Assembly: GCA_034722955.1 (NCBI GenBank)
Contig: JAYEOM010000066.1
Location: forward strand, 1-14,149
Direction: 5' to 3'
DNA from: Campylobacterota bacterium
GTDB lineage: Bacteria > Campylobacterota > Campylobacteria > Campylobacterales > Sulfurovaceae
DNA length: 14,149 nucleotides
In this document: positions 1 to 7,728 of the stretch, piece by piece
Numbering within the stretch: the stretch's first letter is position 1
Layout: each line of letters opens with the position of its first letter
Program-made: the position numbers and the translations under genes
The notes under the pieces: model-generated
The model's database searches: none
Seen by the model: only the letters and a program-made list of their open reading frames with translations
Told to the model about the DNA's origin: nothing

Positions 1-1
1 T

Positions 2-103
2 ATGTATCTGGGGGACATCATAGAGTTTGATGAGACAGAGAAGATATTTTTGAACCCTTCTGAAAAAATGACAGAAGATTATGTTACCGGCAGATTCGGA
101 TAA
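2..103 (+). CDS. pstB: Phosphate ABC transporter ATP-binding protein, C-terminal fragment (5' part outside window)
   Basis: Frame 2 reads [33 protein letters not shown]. The ending IF.NP....TEDY.TGRFG is the characteristic PstB C-terminus, and the gene lies directly upstream of phoU. Confidence 0.93.
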   Translation: MYLGDIIEFDETEKIFLNPSEKMTEDYVTGRFG

Positions 104-112
104 GGAGAAACA

Positions 113-775
113 ATGCTGCATAAAAACGAAGAGAAAATACAAGAGGTGAGAGACATCACGACAGAGGTAATGAGTGATATGCTGATCACTCAGAAGTTGA
201 CGCTGCAGGCACTAGAGGATTGTGATGGAAAGAGTTATAGTCAGGCCAAATTTCCCCTAAAAGGTATAACTAGCAGAATCGATGAGATCGATCAGTTGAT
301 CATTACTATTTTTACCCGTTACTCACCGGAGGCAAGGGACCTCAGGGAGATGGTTGCCTTTTTGAAGATCACCTATTCGCTACAGAGAATTGTCGCCAAT
401 GAGAAAAGTTATATCAAAAATATGGATATATGCAGCCCTGAATCGGATGCTGATATTAGAGATATTATCGCCGAATCACTTGCAATCAACAAATGCACGA
501 TCAAGGCGATTGAGTATACGATGGAGATGGTCAATGGGACAGAAGATATAGACAGACTCAAAGATCTAAGCAGTAAGATCAGTGTCGAAGCGAGCAAAAC
601 GGATGATATCTACAGTCTGCTTGAGAAAGATATGCTCCAAAGTATGAACAAAGAGCATATGCTCAAAGAGGAGTATGTCAATCTCCTGAGATACATCCGA
701 AAGAACTTGAAGATTATCTATCGCCTAGAAGATATCGCTGAAAAATTGCTCTTCGCCAAGATTGGATCAGCCTAA
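113..775 (+). CDS. phoU: PhoU-family phosphate transport regulator (divergent)
   Basis: 220-aa helical protein with a two-repeat PhoU pattern (IDEIDQ...YSPEARDLREMVAFLKI...LQRI, and TDDIY...IYRLEDIAE). AAGGAG SD at 102-107 overlaps the pstB stop. Canonical pstB-phoU order. Confidence 0.85.
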   Translation: MLHKNEEKIQEVRDITTEVMSDMLITQKLTLQALEDCDGKSYSQAKFPLKGITSRIDEIDQLIITIFTRYSPEARDLREMVAFLKITYSLQRIVANEKSYIKNMDICSPESDADIRDIIAESLAINKCTIKAIEYTMEMVNGTEDIDRLKDLSSKISVEASKTDDIYSLLEKDMLQSMNKEHMLKEEYVNLLRYIRKNLKIIYRLEDIAEKLLFAKIGSA

Positions 776-803
776 GGAACCTCCCAAAAACAATTCTACC
801 CAT

Positions 804-905
804 CTGACTTCTCCTTTTGCTCCTAGTTGGATTCTCTCAATCGTCGCATAGAATCACTATGCTCCTCATGAGACAATCCAACTAGAAACAAAATTCCTTC
901 GTCAG
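804..905 (-). repeat. About 100-nt imperfect long hairpin (MITE-like or structured RNA element)
   Basis: Nested arms: CTGAC 804-808/GTCAG 901-905; TTTTG 815-819/CAAAA 889-893; CTAGTTGGATT 823-833/AATCCAACTAG 875-885; TCTCA 835-839/TGAGA 869-873; GCATAG 846-851/CTATGC 857-862. Two C-A mismatches on + become G-U/G-T pairs on the minus strand. Confidence 0.75.
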
Positions 906-964
906 TTTGACCTTCTCATCTTTGGCATTTCACTGCTTCTGGCAGTCAAGATAAATATAAAAGC

Positions 965-993
965 TTGACATAAGAGTTTAATTTGTATATAAT
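965..993 (+). promoter_or_regulatory. Consensus sigma70 promoter for the 74-aa ORF
   Basis: TTGACA (965-970), 17-bp spacer, TATAAT (988-993). AAGGA SD at 1013-1017 precedes ATG 1024. Confidence 0.85.
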
Positions 994-1023
994 AGTAATA
1001 AAATATAACTAAAAGGATGAAAA

Positions 1024-1248
1024 ATGAACTATCATATAGCAACCGAAGAGGACTTTCCCAAGTTGCCGATGGTCAAAGAGAAGTTTGATCTGTTCAGGGT
1101 CATAGTATATGATTTCAATAAACTCTTCTATGTCGAGCTTGTCAAGTGTGGAAATATCACTTATGCTTTTGGAAAAACCAAAAAGAAAGCTTTAAAAAAG
1201 GCTCTGCAACTGTTGAAGAAAAGAGATGAGACGCTTTCCTTTGTGTGA
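1024..1248 (+). CDS. Small basic hypothetical protein (possible HicB-N-like or dsRBD-like beta-beta-beta-alpha fold)
   Basis: Has its own perfect promoter and SD. The C-terminal half FYVELVKCGNITYAFGKTKKKALKKALQLL resembles the G.T..EAl..A..al pattern of HicB N-domains and the G.(S/T)KK.A helix of dsRBDs. The fold is an inference. Confidence 0.65.
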   Translation: MNYHIATEEDFPKLPMVKEKFDLFRVIVYDFNKLFYVELVKCGNITYAFGKTKKKALKKALQLLKKRDETLSFV

Positions 1249-1293
1249 AAAAACCTATTGATATCTTTATAGTTTGGCGGTGCCAGAATCTTA

Positions 1294-1349
1294 GGATCAT
1301 GCGTTGTAAAATCAACACACGAAGTGGGTGGATTTTCAACGCTTGACCC
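1294..1349. repeat. Imperfect hairpin with C-GAA-G apex (attC-like relic or terminator-like)
   Basis: GGATCA/TGACCC, GCGTTG/CAACGC, AAAATC/GATTTT, AC/GT, and CAC-GAA-GTG apex, with one bulged T at 1307. Confidence 0.6.
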
Positions 1350-1394
1350 GTATAATGTATAATATGTAGAATAAATACTTTTTGCGTAATCAAT

Positions 1395-1541
1395 GGTGCG
1401 TTGGAAACAGCACCCTTGAACGCTTCATATATTATTGATACTTTTTCTTTATATAGTGTCGAAAATCCACAAACAACATCAAAAGGGCAACCACAAGGGA
1501 TTAGATAGTTTCATCGTAGGGGTATCCCCTTGTGGGTACCC
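1395..1541. repeat. REP/REPIN-like cluster 1 (three palindromic units)
   Basis: GGTGCGTTGGAAACAGCACC at 1395-1414; partial minus-strand AATCCCTTGTGGTTGCCC at 1485-1502; complete GTAG-GGGTATCC-CCTTGT-GGGTACCC at 1516-1541. Each unit has a counterpart at 8970-9086. Confidence 0.8.
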
Positions 1542-2215
1542 AAAATAGATGATGCTCTCTTCCTGGATATTTGATGCAAAAATAGTATCTGCCCAAATAG
1601 TGGTGCAAAGATATTGAGTAGTGGGATATAGTTGAAGAGTGAAGCGATCATAGCGGTGAGTCCTGCTTTTTTCTTTTGGGTTTTTAGCTCATGTTTGTCA
1701 CTGACAATGAGGGCTCCTACATCATAAATGTTTGGCTCTTTGATGAGGATAGACCAGAGCCACAACATCCATACTTGTCCAACTATAGGGATAAATATCA
1801 CCGGAAAGGTAAACAGAAACAGTAGCAGAAAGAGAATGCCGGCCTTGATACTGAGATAGAGTGATATGGCGATAGCGGGTGTGCCTACTATAGGTTGATC
1901 TGGGTAGTGTTTTTTTGATAACTTTATGAGAAGTGGCTCACTAAGGAGAGAGGTGAATATAGAGATCGTGATGATGATGAGCATATATCCGACAATGAGA
2001 GCTGATACAAATGCCCCACCCGACTGAAACCACTCCCACCCTCCTACAAATGGAATCTTCTGAATATAGATAGCTATGACTCCCGCATATAGATCCCAAG
2101 ATGACCAAAGTATGATAACCCACAATAGTATAGAGCTCAGCCCTATCTTGAGGATGAAGAGTAGTACTGTCGGACTCAGGATATCACTGATGGATTTGGA
2201 TATTACACTCTGCAT
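1511..2215 (-). CDS. EI24/CysZ-like integral membrane protein
   Basis: 234 aa with 4-6 hydrophobic segments and the IPIVG and IPLLNIFAP motifs typical of EI24/CysZ proteins. GGAG SD (2221-2224) abuts the upstream gene's stop. The last codons come from a REP unit. Confidence 0.7.
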   Translation of the reverse strand: MQSVISKSISDILSPTVLLFILKIGLSSILLWVIILWSSWDLYAGVIAIYIQKIPFVGGWEWFQSGGAFVSALIVGYMLIIITISIFTSLLSEPLLIKLSKKHYPDQPIVGTPAIAISLYLSIKAGILFLLLFLFTFPVIFIPIVGQVWMLWLWSILIKEPNIYDVGALIVSDKHELKTQKKKAGLTAMIASLFNYIPLLNIFAPLFGQILFLHQISRKRASSILGTHKGIPLR

Positions 2216-2224
2216 AGCTCCTCC

Positions 2225-2749
2225 CTATCGGTATTCATTTTTGAAACTGACATATCTTTTGGCAGAGGCGTAAAGCTCTTCTACCTCTGCCTCTGTCAAC
2301 TCTCTGACTACTTTAGCAGGAGTTCCCATGATGAGTGATCTAGGTGGGAACACCTTGTTTTTAGTGACTAAGCTTCCAGCACCTACGATAGACTCTCTGC
2401 CTATAACAGCACCATCTAGGATAGTTGCACTCATCCCTATGAGACATGCATCTTCTATGGTGCAGCCATGCAGCATGACACGATGCCCGACAGTAACATC
2501 ACTGCCTATAACAGTAGGATTGCCATCGCTCATATCTGCTTTTTTGTGGTGTGTGACATGTATCATGGATAGATCCTGGATATTGCTTCTATCTCCTATA
2601 GTGATATAGTGTACATCTCCTCGTACAACACAACCGAACCATACAGCACTATCCTCACCCATCTCTACTCGTCCTATGACACTAGCACCCTCTGCTATCC
2701 AAGCATTTTTCCCTAGTTCCGGTATCCACTCTTTAAATTTGATCAGCAT
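2225..2749 (-). CDS. Gamma-class carbonic anhydrase family protein (YrdA/PaaY-like, left-handed beta-helix)
   Basis: Hexapeptide repeats; RGD..YITIG.RSNIQD; putative metal-ligand His residues in MIHV, VGH and LHGC; G.PAKVVR before the C-terminal helix; AAGGA SD. Confidence 0.92.
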   Translation of the reverse strand: MLIKFKEWIPELGKNAWIAEGASVIGRVEMGEDSAVWFGCVVRGDVHYITIGDRSNIQDLSMIHVTHHKKADMSDGNPTVIGSDVTVGHRVMLHGCTIEDACLIGMSATILDGAVIGRESIVGAGSLVTKNKVFPPRSLIMGTPAKVVRELTEAEVEELYASAKRYVSFKNEYR

Positions 2750-2755
2750 TATGTT

Positions 2756-2790
2756 TCCTTTTTTTAGTAATCTCTATTGCATATTTTGGG
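2756..2790 (-). repeat. Intergenic 35-bp repeat, copy 1 (includes SD of the gamma-CA gene)
   Basis: Minus strand CCCAAAATATGCAATAGAGATTACTAAAAAAAGGA. It matches 7333-7365 (+) at 32 of 35 aligned columns. Confidence 0.85.
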
Positions 2791-2796
2791 GTAGCC

Positions 2797-4881
2797 TTAA
2801 CTATCTTTGAGTAGTCTTCCTGCTAGCTTTTGTAGATAGTCAGGTGTCTCTTTGCGTGTTTTGTCATAGAGTTTGGTGATATAGTTCTCTAGTATAGTAT
2901 GGTTATTGATCTTTTTGGTATCAAGAGGCACTTTGATGTATTTGCCACTCTCTTGAAGTTCCCAGCGAAGTTGATTGTCTTTGAGTTGCAGTAGAAGAAT
3001 CTGCTCTATTCTCTTGCTTAGATTGACTTCAGCGATAGGGGTCATAAGCTCTACACGGCGTACTAGATTTCTAGGCATTAGGTCAGCACTGGAGATGTAG
3101 CATCCTATCTTATCGTGTTTGAAATAGTAAACTCTAGGATGTTCAAGATACTTACCGATGATAGAGTGCACACGAATCGTTTCACTGATATTTGGTATGC
3201 CAGGCTTGAGGCAGCAGATACCTCGTATGATGAGATCTATCTTTGTACCGATTTGTGATGCTCTATAGAGTGCTTTTATGATGCTTTGATCTACGAGGGA
3301 GTTTGATTTTAGGATTATATGCCCTTTGCTACCATGTCTACTCTCCTCCTCTATCATCTGCAACAGTTTTGGCTTGATCTCTTTGGGTGACATATAGAGG
3401 GTCTCCAGCTCTGTATTTGTTGAAAAGCCAGTGAGAAAATGAAAAAATCGTGTCGCGTCATCGTTCAACTCTTCTCTAGTGGTGAAGTAGCTCATATCTG
3501 TATAGATCTTGGCTGTACTGGGGTTATAGTTGCCTGTGGCCAGATGGAGGTAGCTTTTGAGTTTGGTTCCACTGCGTTTGATCACTTGTGCAATCTTGGC
3601 ATGAACCTTTAGACCCGGTATGCCATAGACGACATGAGCACCGGCATCCTCTAGGGCTTTTGCCCAGCCTAGATTGTTCTCTTCATCAAAACGGGCTTTT
3701 AGTTCTACTAGAACAGTCACCTGTTTACCATCTCTGACTGCATCGATCAGAGCTTTGACGATGGGTGATTTGGGTCCTACGCGATAGAGTGTCATCCTGA
3801 GTGCTATGACATCCGGATCAGCAGCAGCTTGCTGAATGAACTTGACGATAGGATCAAAGCTATCAAATGGGTGATAGAGCAGTACCGACTGTTTCTCTAT
3901 AGCACTAAAGATATCTTCACTATTGAGTGGCGGCAGTGTTTTGGGTGTATAGGTAGGGAGGATGAGATGCGAAAGGGCTTTATCTCCGACAATTTGCCAA
4001 AAGCTTCCTAGATGGAGTGGAATATCTGCATAGAAGTATATATCTCGCTCTTGCAGTTTCATATGGATATTGAGGAATTTGACCAGATCTTCATCAGCTC
4101 CCCTCATCAACTCCAACCTAACAAGAGAGCCTTTATTTCTAGCCCTCAACCCCTCCTCTAAGATCTCTAAAAAGTCATCTGCCTCCTCCTCTTCGATAGC
4201 TATATCCGCATTTCTTGTCACACGGAATGGTGTTGAAGCCAACTTGATAAAGCCTGGGAAGAGATCCTTTATATAGTTCTCTACAACACTCTCTATAGGT
4301 ACAAAAATAGCTCCTGTCTGTATAAAACGCGGTAGGATCCTAGGGATACGGATAAGCCCATGTTTTAGATTGTCTGAACTGTCCACTAGTGTTACCGCAA
4401 GTCCAAAGCTTAGATTGTTGAGATGAGGAAAAGGGTGAGTTGCATCAACTGCGATAGGAATGATAACTGGGTAGATCTGTTCAAAAAATATAGACTCTAT
4501 TGACTCTTTCTGCTTTTTGTTCAGTGCACTGTATGATTTGATGGCGACACTATGGGGTTTTAGTTGAGTGAGGATATCCCGATAACAATCTTCCAATACT
4601 ATCTGCTCATCATGGAGATATGTACGGATCGATCGCAGCTGCTCTGCAGGGGTTAGTTTGTCTGGACCGGTCTCTTGTATTCTAGCTTTATAGAGTGATT
4701 TCAGCCCTGCTACTCTGATCATATAAAACTCATCAAGATTAGTACCGTAAATAGCTAAAAACTTCAGCCTCTCCAGAGGAGGCAGTCTCTCATCTATCGC
4801 TTGTGCCAAAACACGAGAGTTGAACTGCAACCAAGAGAGTTCACGGTTAAAATAGAGTTCTGAGTTATTGAGATCGGTCAT
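2797..4881 (-). CDS. ppk1: Polyphosphate kinase 1
   Basis: YFNRELSWL.FN.RVL, NLDEFYMIRVAGL, HPFP, ELKARFDEENN, phospho-His motif KVHAK, TGNYN, LEH.R and SSADLM.RNL.RRVE. Start moved to ATG 4881 (AGGTGA SD at 4886-4891) from the track's 4926. Confidence 0.97.
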   Translation of the reverse strand: MTDLNNSELYFNRELSWLQFNSRVLAQAIDERLPPLERLKFLAIYGTNLDEFYMIRVAGLKSLYKARIQETGPDKLTPAEQLRSIRTYLHDEQIVLEDCYRDILTQLKPHSVAIKSYSALNKKQKESIESIFFEQIYPVIIPIAVDATHPFPHLNNLSFGLAVTLVDSSDNLKHGLIRIPRILPRFIQTGAIFVPIESVVENYIKDLFPGFIKLASTPFRVTRNADIAIEEEEADDFLEILEEGLRARNKGSLVRLELMRGADEDLVKFLNIHMKLQERDIYFYADIPLHLGSFWQIVGDKALSHLILPTYTPKTLPPLNSEDIFSAIEKQSVLLYHPFDSFDPIVKFIQQAAADPDVIALRMTLYRVGPKSPIVKALIDAVRDGKQVTVLVELKARFDEENNLGWAKALEDAGAHVVYGIPGLKVHAKIAQVIKRSGTKLKSYLHLATGNYNPSTAKIYTDMSYFTTREELNDDATRFFHFLTGFSTNTELETLYMSPKEIKPKLLQMIEEESRHGSKGHIILKSNSLVDQSIIKALYRASQIGTKIDLIIRGICCLKPGIPNISETIRVHSIIGKYLEHPRVYYFKHDKIGCYISSADLMPRNLVRRVELMTPIAEVNLSKRIEQILLLQLKDNQLRWELQESGKYIKVPLDTKKINNHTILENYITKLYDKTRKETPDYLQKLAGRLLKDS

Positions 4882-4903
4882 TTTATCACCTAATTTTTTT
4901 AGG

Positions 4904-4909
4904 ATTATA
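4904..4909 (-). promoter_or_regulatory. Possible internal -10 element for ppk1
   Basis: TATAAT on the minus strand in the short uvrB-ppk1 gap, 22 nt upstream of the ppk1 ATG. Confidence 0.5.
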
Positions 4910-4926
4910 GCCAAAATTATCACCAA

Positions 4927-6900
4927 TCAAAGTTTTTTAATCTTTGCGATCTCATCTCTCAGTCTGGCAGCCTCTTCAAAATCCAATTTTTTAGCGGCAT
5001 TTAGCATTTTGGCCTTGAGCTCCTTGACAAGCTGTTGCCGCTCTGCTTTAGGCATTTTATCTAGTTTGGAACTCCTGTTGTATAACTCTCCTGCATCTTC
5101 TACTTTGAGATTTTTGTCAAGTTCTCGCAGGGTGGTTTGGGGGGTGATGTTGTGCTCTTTGTTGTAGGCGATCTGTTTTTTTCTGCGTGCTTGAGTGATA
5201 TCTATCGTGGCTTGCATAGAGTTGGTGATCTTTTTGGCATACATGAGGACTTCTCCATTGACATTTCGTGCTGCTCGCCCTGCTGTCTGTATGAGTGAAG
5301 TTTTACTACGCAAAAACCCCTCCTTGTCTGCATCGAGGATAGCGACAAGACTCACTTCAGGTAGATCCAACCCCTCTCTTAGGAGGTTGATACCGATGAG
5401 GATATCAAACTCACCTAGCCTTAGACTTCGTATCACTTGGTTACGCTCTATGGCATCAAGATCAGAGTGCATATATCTGGCTCTGAGTCCTAGATCGTTA
5501 TAGTAAGTTGTCAACTCCTCTGCCATCTTCTTGGTCAATACAGTGACAAGTACTCTCTCATCTCGTGCTATCACCTCCTTCATCCTATCATGAAGATTTT
5601 CAACCTGATGGGTACTATCTATGATCTCTATCTGAGGGTCAAGCAGCCCTGTCGGTCTGACAACCTGCTCTGCGACAACAGAGGATAGATCTACCTCTAG
5701 CTCTGCGGGAGTAGCAGAGACAAAGAGAAAGTGTGGTGCTTTGTATATATACTCATCGAACATCAAGGGACGGTTGTCTAGAGCAGAGGGGAGTCGAAAT
5801 CCATGATCTACCAAGACCTCTTTACGACTTCTGTCTCCAGCATACATCCCACGAAACTGTGGCAGAGATACATGTGACTCATCTACAATGACTAGGTAGT
5901 CATCATGCATCGCTGCGAAGTAATCCTGCATTGAGTATGGTGTCTCTCCAGGTTTTTTACCTGTGAGGTGTCTGGAGTAGTTTTCGATCCCTTTACACAT
6001 CCCCGTAGCCTCCATCATCTCCAGATCAAACTCTGTGCGTTGCTTGAGACGACTCTGCTCGACCACTCTATCCTCTTGCTGGTAGTAGGCGAGGCGCTCA
6101 TCAAGCTCCTCCTCTATGCTCTTGACAGCTAGGGCTAGCTTCTCCTTGCTGACTATAAATTGGTTGGCGGCATAGATGGTGATCTCATTTTGATCATCTC
6201 CCTTCTCTCCTGTCAAAGAGTCAAATGGATATAGTGCTTCGATCTCGTCACCAAAAAACTCTATTCGTATCGCCTCCTCTTCGCTATAGGCAGGATAGAT
6301 ATCTATCACATCTCCATTTACACGAAAATCCCCACGATCAAAATAGTCATCATTTCGTTTGTACCCCATATCAACCAATCTGAGCAACAGCTCCTTTTGG
6401 TTGTAGTCTCCGCCTAGAGATAGATTTTGTACAACAGAGCGATAATCCTCAGGAGATCCCAAGCCGTAGTTGGCAGAGACAGAGGCTATGACTATCACAT
6501 CTTTGTGGCTGAGCAGACTAGCTGTAGTACTGAGTCGCAGTCTCTCAAGCTCTTGGTTGATAGAGCTATCTTTCTCTATAAATAGATCCTGTCGCGGCAG
6601 ATAAGCTTCCGGTTGATAGTAGTCATAGTATGAGATGAAATACTCTACATGGTTATTAGGGAAAAAACTTTTAAATTCACTGTAGAGTTGTGCTGCTAGT
6701 GTCTTGTTGTGCGTCATGATCAGTGTAGGTTTTCCTGTCTTCTCGATAACTTTTGCCATCGTATATGTTTTGCCACTCCCCGTAACACCTATCAGTGTTT
6801 GGTACTGGTTTCCACTGAGGATAGAGTCACTGAGTCTCTCGATAGCCTCAGGTTGATCTCCAGATGGTCTGTAGGGACTCGATACTTGGAATGTTGGCAA
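4927..6900 (-). CDS. uvrB: Excinuclease ABC subunit B
   Basis: Walker [28 protein letters not shown] beta-hairpin, [20 protein letters not shown] and C-terminal UVR domain [14 protein letters not shown] start with GGAG SD at 6907-6910. Confidence 0.98.
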   Translation of the reverse strand: MPTFQVSSPYRPSGDQPEAIERLSDSILSGNQYQTLIGVTGSGKTYTMAKVIEKTGKPTLIMTHNKTLAAQLYSEFKSFFPNNHVEYFISYYDYYQPEAYLPRQDLFIEKDSSINQELERLRLSTTASLLSHKDVIVIASVSANYGLGSPEDYRSVVQNLSLGGDYNQKELLLRLVDMGYKRNDDYFDRGDFRVNGDVIDIYPAYSEEEAIRIEFFGDEIEALYPFDSLTGEKGDDQNEITIYAANQFIVSKEKLALAVKSIEEELDERLAYYQQEDRVVEQSRLKQRTEFDLEMMEATGMCKGIENYSRHLTGKKPGETPYSMQDYFAAMHDDYLVIVDESHVSLPQFRGMYAGDRSRKEVLVDHGFRLPSALDNRPLMFDEYIYKAPHFLFVSATPAELEVDLSSVVAEQVVRPTGLLDPQIEIIDSTHQVENLHDRMKEVIARDERVLVTVLTKKMAEELTTYYNDLGLRARYMHSDLDAIERNQVIRSLRLGEFDILIGINLLREGLDLPEVSLVAILDADKEGFLRSKTSLIQTAGRAARNVNGEVLMYAKKITNSMQATIDITQARRKKQIAYNKEHNITPQTTLRELDKNLKVEDAGELYNRSSKLDKMPKAERQQLVKELKAKMLNAAKKLDFEEAARLRDEIAKIKKL

Positions 6901-7033
6901 GAAAAACTCCGTTTTTTGATTTTTATCTCTTGGGATTGTATAGTTAAGTAATATATGTTGCTTTTAAAATAAAAATATTATCTTTTTGCACCTACTTGGC
7001 ACTTCTTAATTATCTATTACTAATTGTTTTGAT

Positions 7034-7042
7034 ATTATAGCA
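7034..7042 (-). promoter_or_regulatory. Extended -10 promoter facing uvrB
   Basis: TGCTATAAT on the minus strand (TGn-TATAAT). A second, closer -10 candidate, TACAAT, lies at 6935-6940. Confidence 0.55.
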
Positions 7043-7107
7043 AAAATAATAGAAGTATTGTATCGCAATATTTGCAATAGCTATTAATTTAAAGATATGG
7101 AGTTTTT

Positions 7108-7326
7108 ATGACCGCTTTACAGAGATTACAGGAAAAAATAGAACAGCTCAAGAGCAATTATCAGGGCATGCAGCATGAGATCGGAGAGCTCAAATCACAG
7201 CTTGAGAGTCTCTATGGCAATCAAGGAGAACAGCAGGGGACGATAGAGCGTCTAAAGCATGAACTTGAAGAGAAGGATCGAGAGATAGAAGATATTATTG
7301 CAAAAGTTGAAGAGTTATTGTCATAA
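7108..7326 (+). CDS. ZapB-like coiled-coil cell-division protein
   Basis: 72-aa continuous heptad pattern (LQRLQEKIEQL...IEDIIAKVEELL), GGAG SD, and directly upstream of a ZapA-like gene. Confidence 0.65.
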   Translation: MTALQRLQEKIEQLKSNYQGMQHEIGELKSQLESLYGNQGEQQGTIERLKHELEEKDREIEDIIAKVEELLS

Positions 7327-7332
7327 TAGAGA

Positions 7333-7365
7333 CCCAAAATATGCAGTAGAATTACTAAAAAAGGA
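7333..7365 (+). repeat. Intergenic 33-bp repeat, copy 2 (includes SD of the zapA-like gene)
   Basis: CCCAAAATATGCAGTAGAATTACTAAAAAAGGA, an inverted near-copy of 2756-2790. Confidence 0.85.
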
Positions 7366-7370
7366 TAAAA

Positions 7371-7592
7371 ATGAAAAAAGTTTCTTTTACTATAGCCGGT
7401 ACTCGATATGAGATCAAGCTTGAAGATGAGTTTGCAGATATCATTCAGAAGGATTTGGATGAAGCTGGCATGCTAAAGGATAGAGATAACGCTCCTGCTC
7501 CTCTACTAAAAGCTTATCTCCGCCTAGCAAAACTCAATAATAGCTACGAAGATGAGATTGAGCTTTTGATTGAGACATTGGATGGGTTGTAG
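7371..7592 (+). CDS. ZapA-like cell-division protein
   Basis: N-terminal beta-hairpin KVSFTIAGTRYEIK (ZapA V.I.G..Y.I pattern) followed by helices and a C-terminal coiled coil. AAGGA SD. Confidence 0.6.
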   Translation: MKKVSFTIAGTRYEIKLEDEFADIIQKDLDEAGMLKDRDNAPAPLLKAYLRLAKLNNSYEDEIELLIETLDGL

Positions 7593-7688
7593 TAACTATT
7601 TTTGGCTGGATATATCTATTGAAGGTCAAATACAAATAGCTCAGAGAAGTTCTTCTGCATAATTCAACTCAAACTTTCAATTTTTTAT

Positions 7689-7694
7689 TATAAT
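7689..7694 (+). promoter_or_regulatory. -10 element of serS promoter
   Basis: TATAAT preceded by T-rich tracts, with AGGAG SD at 7718-7722. Confidence 0.55.
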
Positions 7695-7728
7695 TCCCCC
7701 ACTATATCTTGTTCACTAGGAGACCTTT

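Noticed and set aside
1343..1363. TTGACC plus tandem TATAAT as a promoter
   Set aside because: The -35/-10 spacing is wrong (2 or 9 bp) and there is no downstream plus-strand ORF; cannot be supported without TSS data.
1157..1393. 78-aa minus-strand ORF as a possible HicA or toxin partner
   Set aside because: Overlaps the better-supported 74-aa ORF, runs through the hairpin, has no SD and lacks the HicA GSH motif.
409..6951. Other short track ORFs (409-597, 1941-2123, 2076-2273, 2328-2609, 3829-4011, 4070-4276, 4868-5167, 5195-5503, 6709-6951), and likewise 12392-12604
   Set aside because: All overlap confidently identified genes and lack translation signals or motifs.
6997..7013. TTGGCAC as a sigma54 -24 element
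   Set aside because: No TTGC -12 element at the required spacing.
7593..7728. 6S RNA expected downstream of zapA, or a T-box before serS
   Set aside because: The spacer is only 136 bp, contains the serS promoter and SD, and lacks a long rod structure or T-box sequence.
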